Source: Bacteroidales bacterium (lineage in GTDB: Bacteria; Bacteroidota; Bacteroidia; Bacteroidales; UBA4417). Taken from it: DNA of 64,000 nucleotides. Shown here piece by piece: positions 1-8,180 of this stretch (position 1 is the first letter of the stretch; the number at the start of each line of letters is the position of its first letter). A program made the translations under genes and the position numbers. The stretch spans positions 688,426-752,425 of the forward strand of contig OY762227.1 in the NCBI GenBank assembly GCA_963665485.1. Direction: 5' to 3'. The notes beneath the pieces are model-generated. The model did no database searches. It was not told the DNA's origin and saw only the letters and a program-made list of their open reading frames with translations.

Positions 1-24
1 ACAGGACGTGACATATATTTAATT

Positions 25-48
25 AAGCCCGGTTCACCCGGGCTTTTT
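25..48 (+). terminator. Rho-independent terminator closing an off-window upstream + strand gene
   Basis: Hairpin AAGCCCGG (25-32) / CCGGGCTT (38-45) with loop ttcac, followed by a T-run. Confidence 0.5.
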
Positions 49-79
49 AATGTCGTTTTATTTGTATTGGAAACTTTTA

Positions 80-87
80 TATATTTG
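80..87 (+). promoter_or_regulatory. Candidate Bacteroidota -7 promoter box (TATATTTG) for the 159-1403 gene
   Basis: Matches TAnnTTTG, 72 nt upstream of the ATG, in an AT-rich spacer downstream of a terminator. Confidence 0.35.
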
Positions 88-158
88 ATATAATTATTGA
101 CATACAGTTATCAGACCTGGTTACTTGTTAGCGGCTATCATAAAAACGACAACTAAAT

Positions 159-1403
159 ATGACTATTAGTGGAATCATAATCTGCTCGACTTGCGGACAT
201 AAAATAAGATTAAGACATCAGGTTGGATACGTCTTTCCTGCTGTTGTAAAAATTGCATGTAACCAATGTGGTAAGATAATAAAAGGACATGTAAAACGGG
301 CAGACCCAGCTTTTGTCTTTCCAAACGAAACCGTTTCAATGGAATACGAAGAGACAACTCAAACAATGAGTGTGTCAACAGAATTGCCTATTGCATTAAA
401 ATCATCAAACATCCCAGGGATGGTTGCTTTGACCCCCTTCATTGGCATTGGAACGATTATCGAATTTGAAGATATTAAAAAATATGAACTGAAAATCCGT
501 GACTTCATTCAACTTTACGATCCTCAATATCAGAAATTGCAAACTTGTTTTGAATTGTTTGAAAGTAGAAATTGGGAATACTATCTTGTTGAAACCAAGA
601 AGCACTTTAGGAAGGAAATCAGTCTTGAAATTAAATCTTTCGAAGAATGCTCTACTGTTTTTAAAGAAGTAAATAAAGACTTCTTTAAATATATTGAAAC
701 TGAATATTACCAAACCAATTTCAATAAAAAATTACAAGCAGAAACCATTGATAAAGTCTCATCTAAAATTCCAGAACTCAAAAATCTTAGAGCTACAATT
801 GAAACATACATTAATATTGAAAATGAGTTTATAAAAGGTGTTAAACTCATTGACAATTTTTTAAGTAATGTAAAAAGCTTTTTCCCAGTAGTCGCTTTGT
901 CATATAGCAACAACTATTCAAAAGAATATCTTGATGAAGTTGGCATTACGACATTTGAATTTCTTGATTTAAAAGAGATGTATATTGAACAGTTTGAATA
1001 TCTTTCAAGGATTTCATCTTTATATTTCGGGCTTTTAAATTTAGCAGAACGAAATAACTTCGATGACTTTGGAGTCATACCAGATGCAGCTCAACTTACT
1101 TCGTATTTTGCCAAAGACAATGGTATTAAAAAAGATATAATTAAAAAGCATGCCTTACTTGACGGTTATTTTATTGACACTTTGAATAGTCAGATTAGAA
1201 ATGGTATTGGGCATCTAAAAACTATTTATGACCCTAAAATTCAATTAATTAAATATTATCCTTATAAAGATCCTGCAAGAATGAACACGCACAAAGAAAT
1301 ATTTCTTATTGACTTTGCAGTACAAGTTTATGAACAAGCATTGAAAGTTAGAGACAGCCTAGAGATTCTATGCAAATTTGTAAACCTGACAAAACAATTA
1401 TAG
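159..1403 (+). CDS. Orphan 414-aa protein: N-terminal CxxC...CxxC zinc ribbon, helical middle region, C-terminal R-x4-H (HEPN-like) motif; candidate abortive-infection or defence RNase
   Basis: C9-x2-C12 and C34-x2-C37 lie at 183-269. QIRNGIGHLK places R347 (1197-1199) and H352 (1212-1214) 60 aa from the C-terminus. The gene is visibly more A+T-rich than its neighbours, converges on terL, and sits between a terminator and the phage genes. Confidence 0.55.
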   Translation: MTISGIIICSTCGHKIRLRHQVGYVFPAVVKIACNQCGKIIKGHVKRADPAFVFPNETVSMEYEETTQTMSVSTELPIALKSSNIPGMVALTPFIGIGTIIEFEDIKKYELKIRDFIQLYDPQYQKLQTCFELFESRNWEYYLVETKKHFRKEISLEIKSFEECSTVFKEVNKDFFKYIETEYYQTNFNKKLQAETIDKVSSKIPELKNLRATIETYINIENEFIKGVKLIDNFLSNVKSFFPVVALSYSNNYSKEYLDEVGITTFEFLDLKEMYIEQFEYLSRISSLYFGLLNLAERNNFDDFGVIPDAAQLTSYFAKDNGIKKDIIKKHALLDGYFIDTLNSQIRNGIGHLKTIYDPKIQLIKYYPYKDPARMNTHKEIFLIDFAVQVYEQALKVRDSLEILCKFVNLTKQL

Positions 1404-1443
1404 CCGCCAAAACACCCACCCATCTTCGGATAGCCGCAGAATG

Positions 1444-2619
1444 TTACACCCTCCCCACTTTCACCATCCTCTTCCGGTTCACCATCACCTTCGCCAAGCA
1501 AACATACCTTACCGCATCAATTCCATGATTGAACTTATCAATCGGTTCATTGATTGCTTTTCCTGCCTGGTCTTCCTTCCACTTATAATTCTTAAACTCC
1601 CGGATCAGGTTAACTGAACCTTTCGTGATATAGATTTTATAACGCTTCATTATATCAAGACCGGCCAAAATACTGTCCTTACCTTTAAAGGTAGCCTGTA
1701 CATTATACCCTTCTTTCTTTATTTCATAAATGCACTTCGGCTGGTTATCTGCGATAACCTCATCCGTCCATCTCAATCCTAATTCGCCCAGCCATTTAGC
1801 AATATCCTGGTTAGTTAATCCCCGGTTATAAATAAGTTCATCAAGATAAAGTTCGCCACCGCACAAACCCACTTTTATTAATGCTGTCGGGTCATTCGAA
1901 AAACCGAAGTCCATCCCGTAAACCACCCACTTGCAATCATCCGGGAATGCTTCGCATTGCTCCCAATTCGTAAATATCAGTCCTTTTATTTGTCCAGGTA
2001 ATCCAAGCCCATAAACCCGCCAGTAGTTTTCATCAACATATTTCAGTTGCTCAATCTCCTTCACAACCTCTGCCGGTAGAAACTCTTTATTGTCCAGGTA
2101 GGTAGATTGAATAAATGTGCAATCTGGTCTTGGAATCACAAGATCATAAATCCAATGTTCATCCATAGAAGGATTATAGTCAATAAAGATTTGCTTCTCT
2201 GTCCTGATGCTCAACTGAATCCAGTCTTCCAGGCTCAGCTCATTAGCCTCATTGATAAAAAGATATGTTCGCTTCGCTCCCCTCTTTTTCTGCGGCTGGT
2301 CCAGGCTGACAAATTCAAACAAGTTCCCGTTAAGCATGTAGGTGTTTTCAGTCTTATTATGGAATTTCTCATCATACATTTCCGCATTCTTCAATATCTC
2401 AAAGAAATCTCTCATTGCCGACGCTTTCAGCGACGGCATAGTTTTCCGGACGATTGTAAAAACAGCATCAGTTTCCTCAAACGCTTTCTTTATAATCAGA
2501 AGCTGAAGGATCGAATAAGTCTTGCCCGATCTGCTGGAACCCTGATTCACAACTATCTTGGTCGTAGCAGCTTCATTCTTCTTGAATACCTTCGATACTC
2601 TGAACTCTAAATCTTTCAT
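1444..2619 (-). CDS. terL: Phage terminase large subunit (PBSX-like family)
   Basis: Walker A QGSSRSGKTYS near the N-terminus, a Walker B-like YLFINEANEL, and a C-terminal nuclease half; 391 aa, directly downstream of a TerS-like gene. Confidence 0.88.
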   Translation of the reverse strand: MKDLEFRVSKVFKKNEAATTKIVVNQGSSRSGKTYSILQLLIIKKAFEETDAVFTIVRKTMPSLKASAMRDFFEILKNAEMYDEKFHNKTENTYMLNGNLFEFVSLDQPQKKRGAKRTYLFINEANELSLEDWIQLSIRTEKQIFIDYNPSMDEHWIYDLVIPRPDCTFIQSTYLDNKEFLPAEVVKEIEQLKYVDENYWRVYGLGLPGQIKGLIFTNWEQCEAFPDDCKWVVYGMDFGFSNDPTALIKVGLCGGELYLDELIYNRGLTNQDIAKWLGELGLRWTDEVIADNQPKCIYEIKKEGYNVQATFKGKDSILAGLDIMKRYKIYITKGSVNLIREFKNYKWKEDQAGKAINEPIDKFNHGIDAVRYVCLAKVMVNRKRMVKVGRV

Positions 2620-2628
2620 GCAGTAGCC

Positions 2629-2961
2629 CTATTGTTTGCCTTCCTGATCACTTTTAGTTGATTCGTATTCCGACTCACCAACAACTACAAAGGTTATCTT
2701 CCTGATTTCTTTATCATCAGTACCTACTTCAAGATTAACCCGCTGCAGTTTCGGCCGGATATACTCTTGTAGTTCCGCCCAGAGTTTTATCCGCTCCTGT
2801 GGTTTCATCTTTTTCAGGTCTTCCTCAGCAGTTTCATCCAGTAATTCAAGCACCCATTCAACCTTTGCCTGAATCTCCCGGGTAATCTTATTTTTAACAC
2901 CCTTTGGCCGCCCATTGTTTCCAGCCTTGAATTGCCAGTCTTTTGTCTTTTCAGTTTCCAT
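2629..2961 (-). CDS. Probable terminase small subunit or DNA-recognition protein
   Basis: 110 aa, ending 9 nt upstream of terL. It has an N-terminal basic motif KAGNNGRPKGVKNK of the type seen in phage small terminases, followed by a helical acidic region. Confidence 0.5.
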   Translation of the reverse strand: METEKTKDWQFKAGNNGRPKGVKNKITREIQAKVEWVLELLDETAEEDLKKMKPQERIKLWAELQEYIRPKLQRVNLEVGTDDKEIRKITFVVVGESEYESTKSDQEGKQ

Positions 2962-3061
2962 TTCAACGTATTTTATCGTTTTTTACGTTATCATATTAAG
3001 AATATCCCCATGTGATCTGTCATCACAAACAAAGCGAAGTCTTCTCTTCCCTAAAGGCAAT

Positions 3062-3298
3062 TTACCTCCGGTAAATTAGCTTCTCAATCGCACTCACTGA
3101 TATTCCATAATTATCACTCAACTCATATTTAATATCTGTAAAAGTCCTTCCAGGTTTCTTCATTTGAAAATACTTTTCTCTCACTAACCATTTTCTGGCT
3201 TGATCAAGTGTGAGCAAACCCATGTCAAATAATTGGCTTGCATCTATCCCGGCAAGTTCTTTTATTTCCCTAAAAATCAAGGTCCTGAATGTCTCCAT
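3062..3298 (-). CDS. Small phage regulator with a C-terminal helix-turn-helix (Mor/sigma-region-4-like)
   Basis: 78 aa. The C-terminal TFTDIKYELSDNYGISVSAIEKLIYRR resembles an HTH. It is the first gene of the leftward packaging operon. Confidence 0.45.
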   Translation of the reverse strand: METFRTLIFREIKELAGIDASQLFDMGLLTLDQARKWLVREKYFQMKKPGRTFTDIKYELSDNYGISVSAIEKLIYRR

Positions 3299-3321
3299 AT
3301 TTCTACTTGTTTTTGTTATCG

Positions 3322-3329
3322 CAAAGATA
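3322..3329 (-). promoter_or_regulatory. -7 promoter box (TATCTTTG on minus strand) for the leftward HTH-TerS-TerL operon
   Basis: Plus-strand caaagata is the reverse complement of TAnnTTTG, 24 nt upstream of the ATG at 3298. Confidence 0.45.
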
Positions 3330-3405
3330 CAAAATAATTTATTATATTATACTGTTAAACAGATATTTTGCCAATGTTTACTAAAGTATTACTTTAAGTA
3401 TTTTG

Positions 3406-3413
3406 TACCTTTG
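3406..3413 (+). promoter_or_regulatory. -7 promoter box (TACCTTTG) for the rightward head operon
   Basis: Matches TAnnTTTG, 27 nt upstream of the first mini-ORF ATG at 3440. Confidence 0.45.
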
Positions 3414-3439
3414 AACACAATTTTAAAATCTACATTCCA

Positions 3440-3559
3440 ATGGCTAAAACAAATGTTAAAACCTCCGGTCTACCAAAGGTAAAAACTGCAAAAAAAGTAT
3501 CACAACCGTATCAAAGAGCGAGAGGCGGAGGTGCTGACCTAGTAAAAACTGTTAAGTAA
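3440..3559 (+). CDS. Lys-rich mini-protein (39 aa), paralog 1
   Basis: ATG...TAA ORF below the track cutoff, reading MAKTNVKTSGLPKVKTAKKVSQPYQRARGGGADLVKTVK. It shares conserved N- and C-termini with the next mini-ORF. Confidence 0.5.
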   Translation: MAKTNVKTSGLPKVKTAKKVSQPYQRARGGGADLVKTVK

Positions 3560-3591
3560 TTCTTTAGTTCTAATTTTTAATCCTTTTCATC

Positions 3592-3705
3592 ATGGCAAAA
3601 GCAAAAGTTAAAACCAGCGCAAAGAGCAAAGCAAAATCCTCAACTAAAACTCCTAAAAAAGGAGTTGGTAAGGCTGGTGCTGATCTTGCAAAAAATGTAA
3701 AGTAA
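3592..3705 (+). CDS. Lys-rich mini-protein (37 aa), paralog 2
   Basis: Reads MAKAKVKTSAKSKAKSSTKTPKKGVGKAGADLAKNVK. Its stop TAA overlaps the ATG of the protease gene (TAATG), which suggests translational coupling. Confidence 0.5.
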   Translation: MAKAKVKTSAKSKAKSSTKTPKKGVGKAGADLAKNVK

Positions 3706-4886
3706 TGCAACGCTATTTCTCAACACCTCCAATCTTCTCAGCCCCTGTCACTAATATCGACAGGGAGCTTGGGATTATTCAGGGCGTGACTATTGCCAGG
3801 GTTGGAATTGCAAAAGGTCATGGTGGATTTGTCGACCGCACTTTTCTCCTGCAGATAGTCGACAATGCAGCTTCGAAACCTGCTGGTATAAAGGCCCGGT
3901 TTGGTCACCCTAATATGTGCAGTCAGGCTCTTGGAACATACCTTGGCCGTTTTAAAAATTATTCTTATTCAGGGGACCAGGTCAAAGCTGACCTTCATCT
4001 GGATGAGACTTCAAAAAATACACCTAACGGTGATCTGTTTTCCTACGTCCTCGATATGGCTGGGAAAAATCCTGACATGTTTGGAGCTTCAATTGTTTTT
4101 GAGATCGGAGAATCAGTATTCCTTGAAGAGGAGGTGGATGGGAAAAAGGTTGAAAAGGAATACTTCCGGCTCCAGGAACTAAGAGCAACTGATATTGTAG
4201 ATGAACCGGCCGCAACTGAAGGACTGTTTTCAGCCAACACCTTCCCAGGAATTGCAACTCAATTTCTGGATGAGAATCCCGAAATCATGGACCTGATTTT
4301 CTCCAAACCTGATTCCGTAGTAGAATTTCTTTCAAATTATATAACCAATTCCAAGATGAATCTTTCAGAAAAGATAAAACAAAACTTCGCAGCTTTCCTG
4401 GCTGCATTCTCCGCCCCGGTTGCATCGGTTACTGAACCTACCGGAGTCGTCGAAGGACAAGACAACACGTTGAATACTCTCTTTGATGCCGTTTCTGCTT
4501 CCTATCCTGAATCCTTCACTTCAGTAGAAGGATTTACATCACTCCAAAAAGCGGAAGCTTTAACAGCTTTCTTTTCCTCTGTAAGTGACAAACTGCAAAC
4601 TTCTCTGGAAACAGAGCAGAATCAAAGAACGGCATTTGATGCTCTAAACACAGAGCATCAGTCTTTGGTATCATCGAACGAAGCAACTTTGGCAGAACTT
4701 TCAGAAGCCAATACTCGCATTCAGGATCTCACTGCTCAGCTTGGTGCTCGTCCTTCCATTCCTCTCAATGTAACTGATCCTGCAGTCGGTCTTTCTTCGG
4801 GTTCCCAGGAAAAGGATGAAACCGGCAAACAGATTCTTGCCGCTATGCCTAAAGACATCAAGCGTAAACTTAAAAATAACGGTTAA
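3705..4886 (+). CDS. Prohead protease (HK97/S78-like) fused to a C-terminal scaffold-like coiled coil
   Basis: The N-terminal ~180 aa carry ARFGHP, GASIVFE and LRATDIVDEPAA, resembling the S78 H/S motifs and the terminal V..PA. The C-terminal half is Q/E/L/S-rich and helical. The gene lies immediately upstream of the capsid gene. Confidence 0.6.
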   Translation: MQRYFSTPPIFSAPVTNIDRELGIIQGVTIARVGIAKGHGGFVDRTFLLQIVDNAASKPAGIKARFGHPNMCSQALGTYLGRFKNYSYSGDQVKADLHLDETSKNTPNGDLFSYVLDMAGKNPDMFGASIVFEIGESVFLEEEVDGKKVEKEYFRLQELRATDIVDEPAATEGLFSANTFPGIATQFLDENPEIMDLIFSKPDSVVEFLSNYITNSKMNLSEKIKQNFAAFLAAFSAPVASVTEPTGVVEGQDNTLNTLFDAVSASYPESFTSVEGFTSLQKAEALTAFFSSVSDKLQTSLETEQNQRTAFDALNTEHQSLVSSNEATLAELSEANTRIQDLTAQLGARPSIPLNVTDPAVGLSSGSQEKDETGKQILAAMPKDIKRKLKNNG

Positions 4887-4906
4887 CCTTTAAATACTTT
4901 TTCAAC

Positions 4907-6256
4907 ATGTCAAATATTTTTTCACAATCAACTTCCCCTGCCTTTAAACGCCAGGCCATCGACGAATACTTTATCCAGCCTATGTTTATGGCTGAAGATA
5001 TTCGTGGACTCATCACTGTCAGAACCGACATTAAAGGTACAGAAACCCTAAACAGGGTTGGTCGTCCTTCCATGCTTACCAAGCCAAAAACCTCTCCCGG
5101 TTTCACTCCGGCAGGTGGTTTCAACCTGACTTATACTGACATCACGGTTAAGCCAATGGCCCTCGAATTTGAACAGAACGCACGAGCTTTCTGGGGTTCT
5201 ATTGTTGAGCAATTGCTTGCTTCAGGGTATAAAGAAGATGACGTTGAGCAAATGAAATCCCCTGATGTTTGGAACAAAGTCATGCTGCCATTAATTGCTC
5301 AGGCAGGCCAGGATGACCTTATTCGTCAAATGTTTTTTGCTAACCCGGCAGCCGAAACATTGGTTTCAGGTATTCCAAACGGAGTGCCAGATTCAAACTA
5401 TACCGGCTACACAGGATTTATGTCTTGGCTCTTCAATGATTTGTATGCCGGTGTTATTCCCTCCGTCCAGCACGTTCCTATCGCTTCAGCTGTAGCTTCT
5501 GTTAAGCAGGAAGTGATCCATACTTATACTGCCGGCACAGATACGGCTCTGAATATCACCATTAACGGCGTTCTTTATACACAACCTTATGCCACGAGTG
5601 CAGCTGCAACAGCAACCGCATGGCTCAATACCAACAAGGCCAATGTTGAATCACGCGCAGGTATCAATGGTGTTATTGTCACCAATCCTTCAGCAGGTGC
5701 CATCAAAGTTACCGGCAAAGTAAAAGGTCAGAGCTTTACATCGGTTGCATCTGTAACCGGAACCGGCACAGTAGCAAACTCAGGAATAGTTGCAGCAGTA
5801 AAAGCCGGAGGTTTGGCTGCCAATGAAGCTGATGTTACCCTTGAATCTATGCTTGATTCTGTTACTCCCGAAATGCATGAATACGACCTCCAGTTCATGC
5901 TTACCGCTTCCATGTGGCGTAATCTGGTTCACACCCTGAAAGATCGTCAAACTATTATGGGTGATGCAGTATTGAAAAACGGGCTCAAAGTTCCTACCTA
6001 TGAAGGCTTCCCTATCATTGTTCGCCCTGATTGGGATAAATGGATCTCTGTTGCACAAAACGGAATCAAGCCTCACCGCGCCATGCTGACCACTTCAAAG
6101 AATCTGCTTTTCGCTACCGATGGTACAAGCGATTCCGAAATGATCGAAACCTGGTACAATCAGGAAGCACAAATGCGCAGGTATCGCGTTCAGTACAAAG
6201 CTCAAACCGCATACCTCCACAAAGAGCTTGTCGTTCTTGCTGGATTCATAGATTAA
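4907..6256 (+). CDS. Major capsid protein (probable HK97 fold)
   Basis: 449 aa directly after the protease/scaffold and followed by a terminator hairpin. The call rests on position and size; I recognise no specific family motif. Confidence 0.6.
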   Translation: MSNIFSQSTSPAFKRQAIDEYFIQPMFMAEDIRGLITVRTDIKGTETLNRVGRPSMLTKPKTSPGFTPAGGFNLTYTDITVKPMALEFEQNARAFWGSIVEQLLASGYKEDDVEQMKSPDVWNKVMLPLIAQAGQDDLIRQMFFANPAAETLVSGIPNGVPDSNYTGYTGFMSWLFNDLYAGVIPSVQHVPIASAVASVKQEVIHTYTAGTDTALNITINGVLYTQPYATSAAATATAWLNTNKANVESRAGINGVIVTNPSAGAIKVTGKVKGQSFTSVASVTGTGTVANSGIVAAVKAGGLAANEADVTLESMLDSVTPEMHEYDLQFMLTASMWRNLVHTLKDRQTIMGDAVLKNGLKVPTYEGFPIIVRPDWDKWISVAQNGIKPHRAMLTTSKNLLFATDGTSDSEMIETWYNQEAQMRRYRVQYKAQTAYLHKELVVLAGFID

Positions 6257-6293
6257 TTAGCTTAAAAGCACAGTCATTGCGAACCTGAAAAAT

Positions 6294-6312
6294 AGCCCAT
6301 CCGGGCTTTTTT
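6294..6312 (+). terminator. Terminator or attenuator after the capsid gene
   Basis: AGCCC-atcc-GGGCT hairpin followed by TTTTTT. Confidence 0.5.
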
Positions 6313-6349
6313 CAGGTGAAGCAACCTCCACCTAAAAAAGCAATCTTTA

Positions 6350-7603
6350 ATGAAAGCCTTCTCCAGTTATAATTATGTCCCGCTTTTAAATCTCAAACGC
6401 TCCGACTTTATTGATTTACGGACCAATTATGATATTTTTATTCCCTTTGGAGAAGATAACCTGCTGCCCACGCAGCTTAATCAGTTGTCCAGGGAAGTGC
6501 CGGTTCACAGAGCCATCCTAAATTCAAAAGCTTCTTACATTATCGGCAGAGGGCTTTCTACTTCTAATAAAGTAATTCAGCAACTTATCAATACTCCAAA
6601 CAATACATATGAAGACCTCAACGCGATCTTTCGTTATGTCGTTCTTGATTATCTTAATATCGGTAATGCTTACCTTGAAATTATTACTGATCCTAAAAAG
6701 TCATTCATGTATTTGTATCACATCGATTCAAGTAAATGCAGGTTATCATCTGTAGAAAATGATGTTTTAATACATCCATCCTGGGCAGAGTTTACAGGAA
6801 AGAATGATGAAAATCTTATTTCACTTCCTTTGTTCCCGGATTTCCGGAAAGGTCCTGATGGACTTATGCACTCGGTTTACCACATCAAAGATTATGAACC
6901 GGAGTTTTACTACTATGGACTTTGCTCATACTTTGCCGGTCTCCGTTCAATCATTATTTCTGGATTAACAAATCTATGGAATCAGAACCGCCTCGAAAAT
7001 GGATTCACATCTCCTGGTTTACTGATTGTACCTGGCATAAATGACGATGATGAAGCAGCAGTCCTCGAAGCCGAATTTAACAAATTCAAAGGAGTGGAAG
7101 GAGAAAAGGCAGGTGATATAATCATTCAGTATCTGGCTGATTTATCGCCTGGACAAACCTCCCAACAGGCAAAATTTATCGAGTTTAAAAAGAACGAAGA
7201 AGGAAATTGGATGGACCTGCATACTCAGTCCGAATTATCAATTATTACAATTCATAACTGGTTCCGGTCTCTAACACCTTACTCCGGAGAGAAAACAGGA
7301 TTTGACGCAAACCGCATTGTAAATGAGTATGAAATTGCCCTCAATACGATCATAAACCCGCTCCAGGCGTTCTTTCTGCGACATCTTGATCAGGTATTTA
7401 AATATTTTTCATTACCGGTTGGTCAACTTTCATTTATCAACGAGCCGCCAATACAGCGTATCAATCCGTTGAAATTCGTTTGGGAAGCCAGGCAGGAAGC
7501 TGGCCTGCCTTTTGATCCAAACGATCCCGTACAAAAGTTACTGATTATGCAGCTTAAAAACACTTTTAATTCAGCCACCCCAGACCAAGGATCCACCATC
7601 TAA
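6350..7603 (+). CDS. Probable portal protein
   Basis: 417 aa. The segment LDYLNIGNAYLEIITDPKK...LYHIDSSKCRL resembles the portal-family core. The position after the capsid gene is unusual. Confidence 0.55.
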   Translation: MKAFSSYNYVPLLNLKRSDFIDLRTNYDIFIPFGEDNLLPTQLNQLSREVPVHRAILNSKASYIIGRGLSTSNKVIQQLINTPNNTYEDLNAIFRYVVLDYLNIGNAYLEIITDPKKSFMYLYHIDSSKCRLSSVENDVLIHPSWAEFTGKNDENLISLPLFPDFRKGPDGLMHSVYHIKDYEPEFYYYGLCSYFAGLRSIIISGLTNLWNQNRLENGFTSPGLLIVPGINDDDEAAVLEAEFNKFKGVEGEKAGDIIIQYLADLSPGQTSQQAKFIEFKKNEEGNWMDLHTQSELSIITIHNWFRSLTPYSGEKTGFDANRIVNEYEIALNTIINPLQAFFLRHLDQVFKYFSLPVGQLSFINEPPIQRINPLKFVWEARQEAGLPFDPNDPVQKLLIMQLKNTFNSATPDQGSTI

Positions 7604-7614
7604 TTCTGATTAAT

Positions 7615-8037
7615 ATGCCAATCATCACAGCCAAGGAAATCAACGCTATTGCTTTCACGGAGCCGATTGATCTGGCTTTAATTAATGATGACATCATTAT
7701 TGCTGCCGAAGGCAAGTATCTTATATCAGCCATCACAAAACCTATCCTTGATGATCTTTCGGTTCATCCTGGTAATTATATAAACCTTGTTGACAATTAT
7801 ATAAAACCCTACTTGGCCTATTGCGTTAAAATTGTTCTTTACAGCCAATATATAAATGAATCTTCTTCAGATGCAATCAATGTCCAACAAAGAGAAAACA
7901 TAATAAATGAGGCCAACTTAATTTCTCAAACAAAAAGAACCTTGCTTGTTAATCACATAATTTCTGGATCCTATGGGCTATATGTTAATCCAGTTAAAAG
8001 GAGAATCAATGGTTTTCTTATCAATAATAAGAAATAA
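7615..8037 (+). CDS. Hypothetical phage protein (possible head-completion or connector protein)
   Basis: 140-aa ORF, the last gene of the head operon. The function is suggested by position only. Confidence 0.4.
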   Translation: MPIITAKEINAIAFTEPIDLALINDDIIIAAEGKYLISAITKPILDDLSVHPGNYINLVDNYIKPYLAYCVKIVLYSQYINESSSDAINVQQRENIINEANLISQTKRTLLVNHIISGSYGLYVNPVKRRINGFLINNKK

Positions 8038-8111
8038 AATAATTCATTAATATCCATTAACATCCATCAAGTTTAATATTGATAGGAACTCCGCGCATAT
8101 CCCCTCTTCAA

Positions 8112-8133
8112 TGTTTGTACAATTGTTTGTACA
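8112..8133 (+). repeat. Two exact copies of TGTTTGTACA spaced 12 bp apart
   Basis: Copies at 8112-8121 and 8124-8133, about 50 bp from the tRNA-Asn 3' end at the edge of the phage element. Confidence 0.6.
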
Positions 8134-8180
8134 TAAAGAAAAAACACCTACAAATTTCTTCGTAAGTGTCTGATTTTCAG

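Larger units (their letters stand above)
1..8180. mobile_element. Phage-derived element (right-hand part): packaging plus head-morphogenesis module abutting the 3' end of tRNA-Asn; left boundary lies outside the window
   Basis: Contiguous phage genes (TerL, TerS-like, prohead protease/scaffold, capsid, portal) occupy 1444-8037. The last gene stops 144 bp from the tRNA-Asn 3' end, and host core genes begin right of the tRNA. No integrase, tail or lysis genes are visible. Confidence 0.7.

Noticed and set aside
1-20. The window start ACAGGACGTGACA resembles the tRNA-Asn 3' segment TCAGGACTTGAAC (8190-8202), which could be a second att site.
   Set aside because: Only about 9 of 11 positions match over a very short stretch, and the match is not anchored at the tRNA end. 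This is compatible with chance, and the true left end is probably off-window.
2107-2610. Long antisense ORFs in the track: 2107-2610(+), 18369-18854(+), 35264-35710(+), 39375-39839(-), 51601-52131(-), 54545-54961(+), 10793-11176(-), and many 60-110-aa ORFs.
   Set aside because: Each lies wholly inside a strongly supported gene on the opposite strand (terL, atpA, aspS, sdaA, wzc, the oxidoreductase, glyQS). Their translations are low-complexity or motif-free. They are treated as shadow ORFs.
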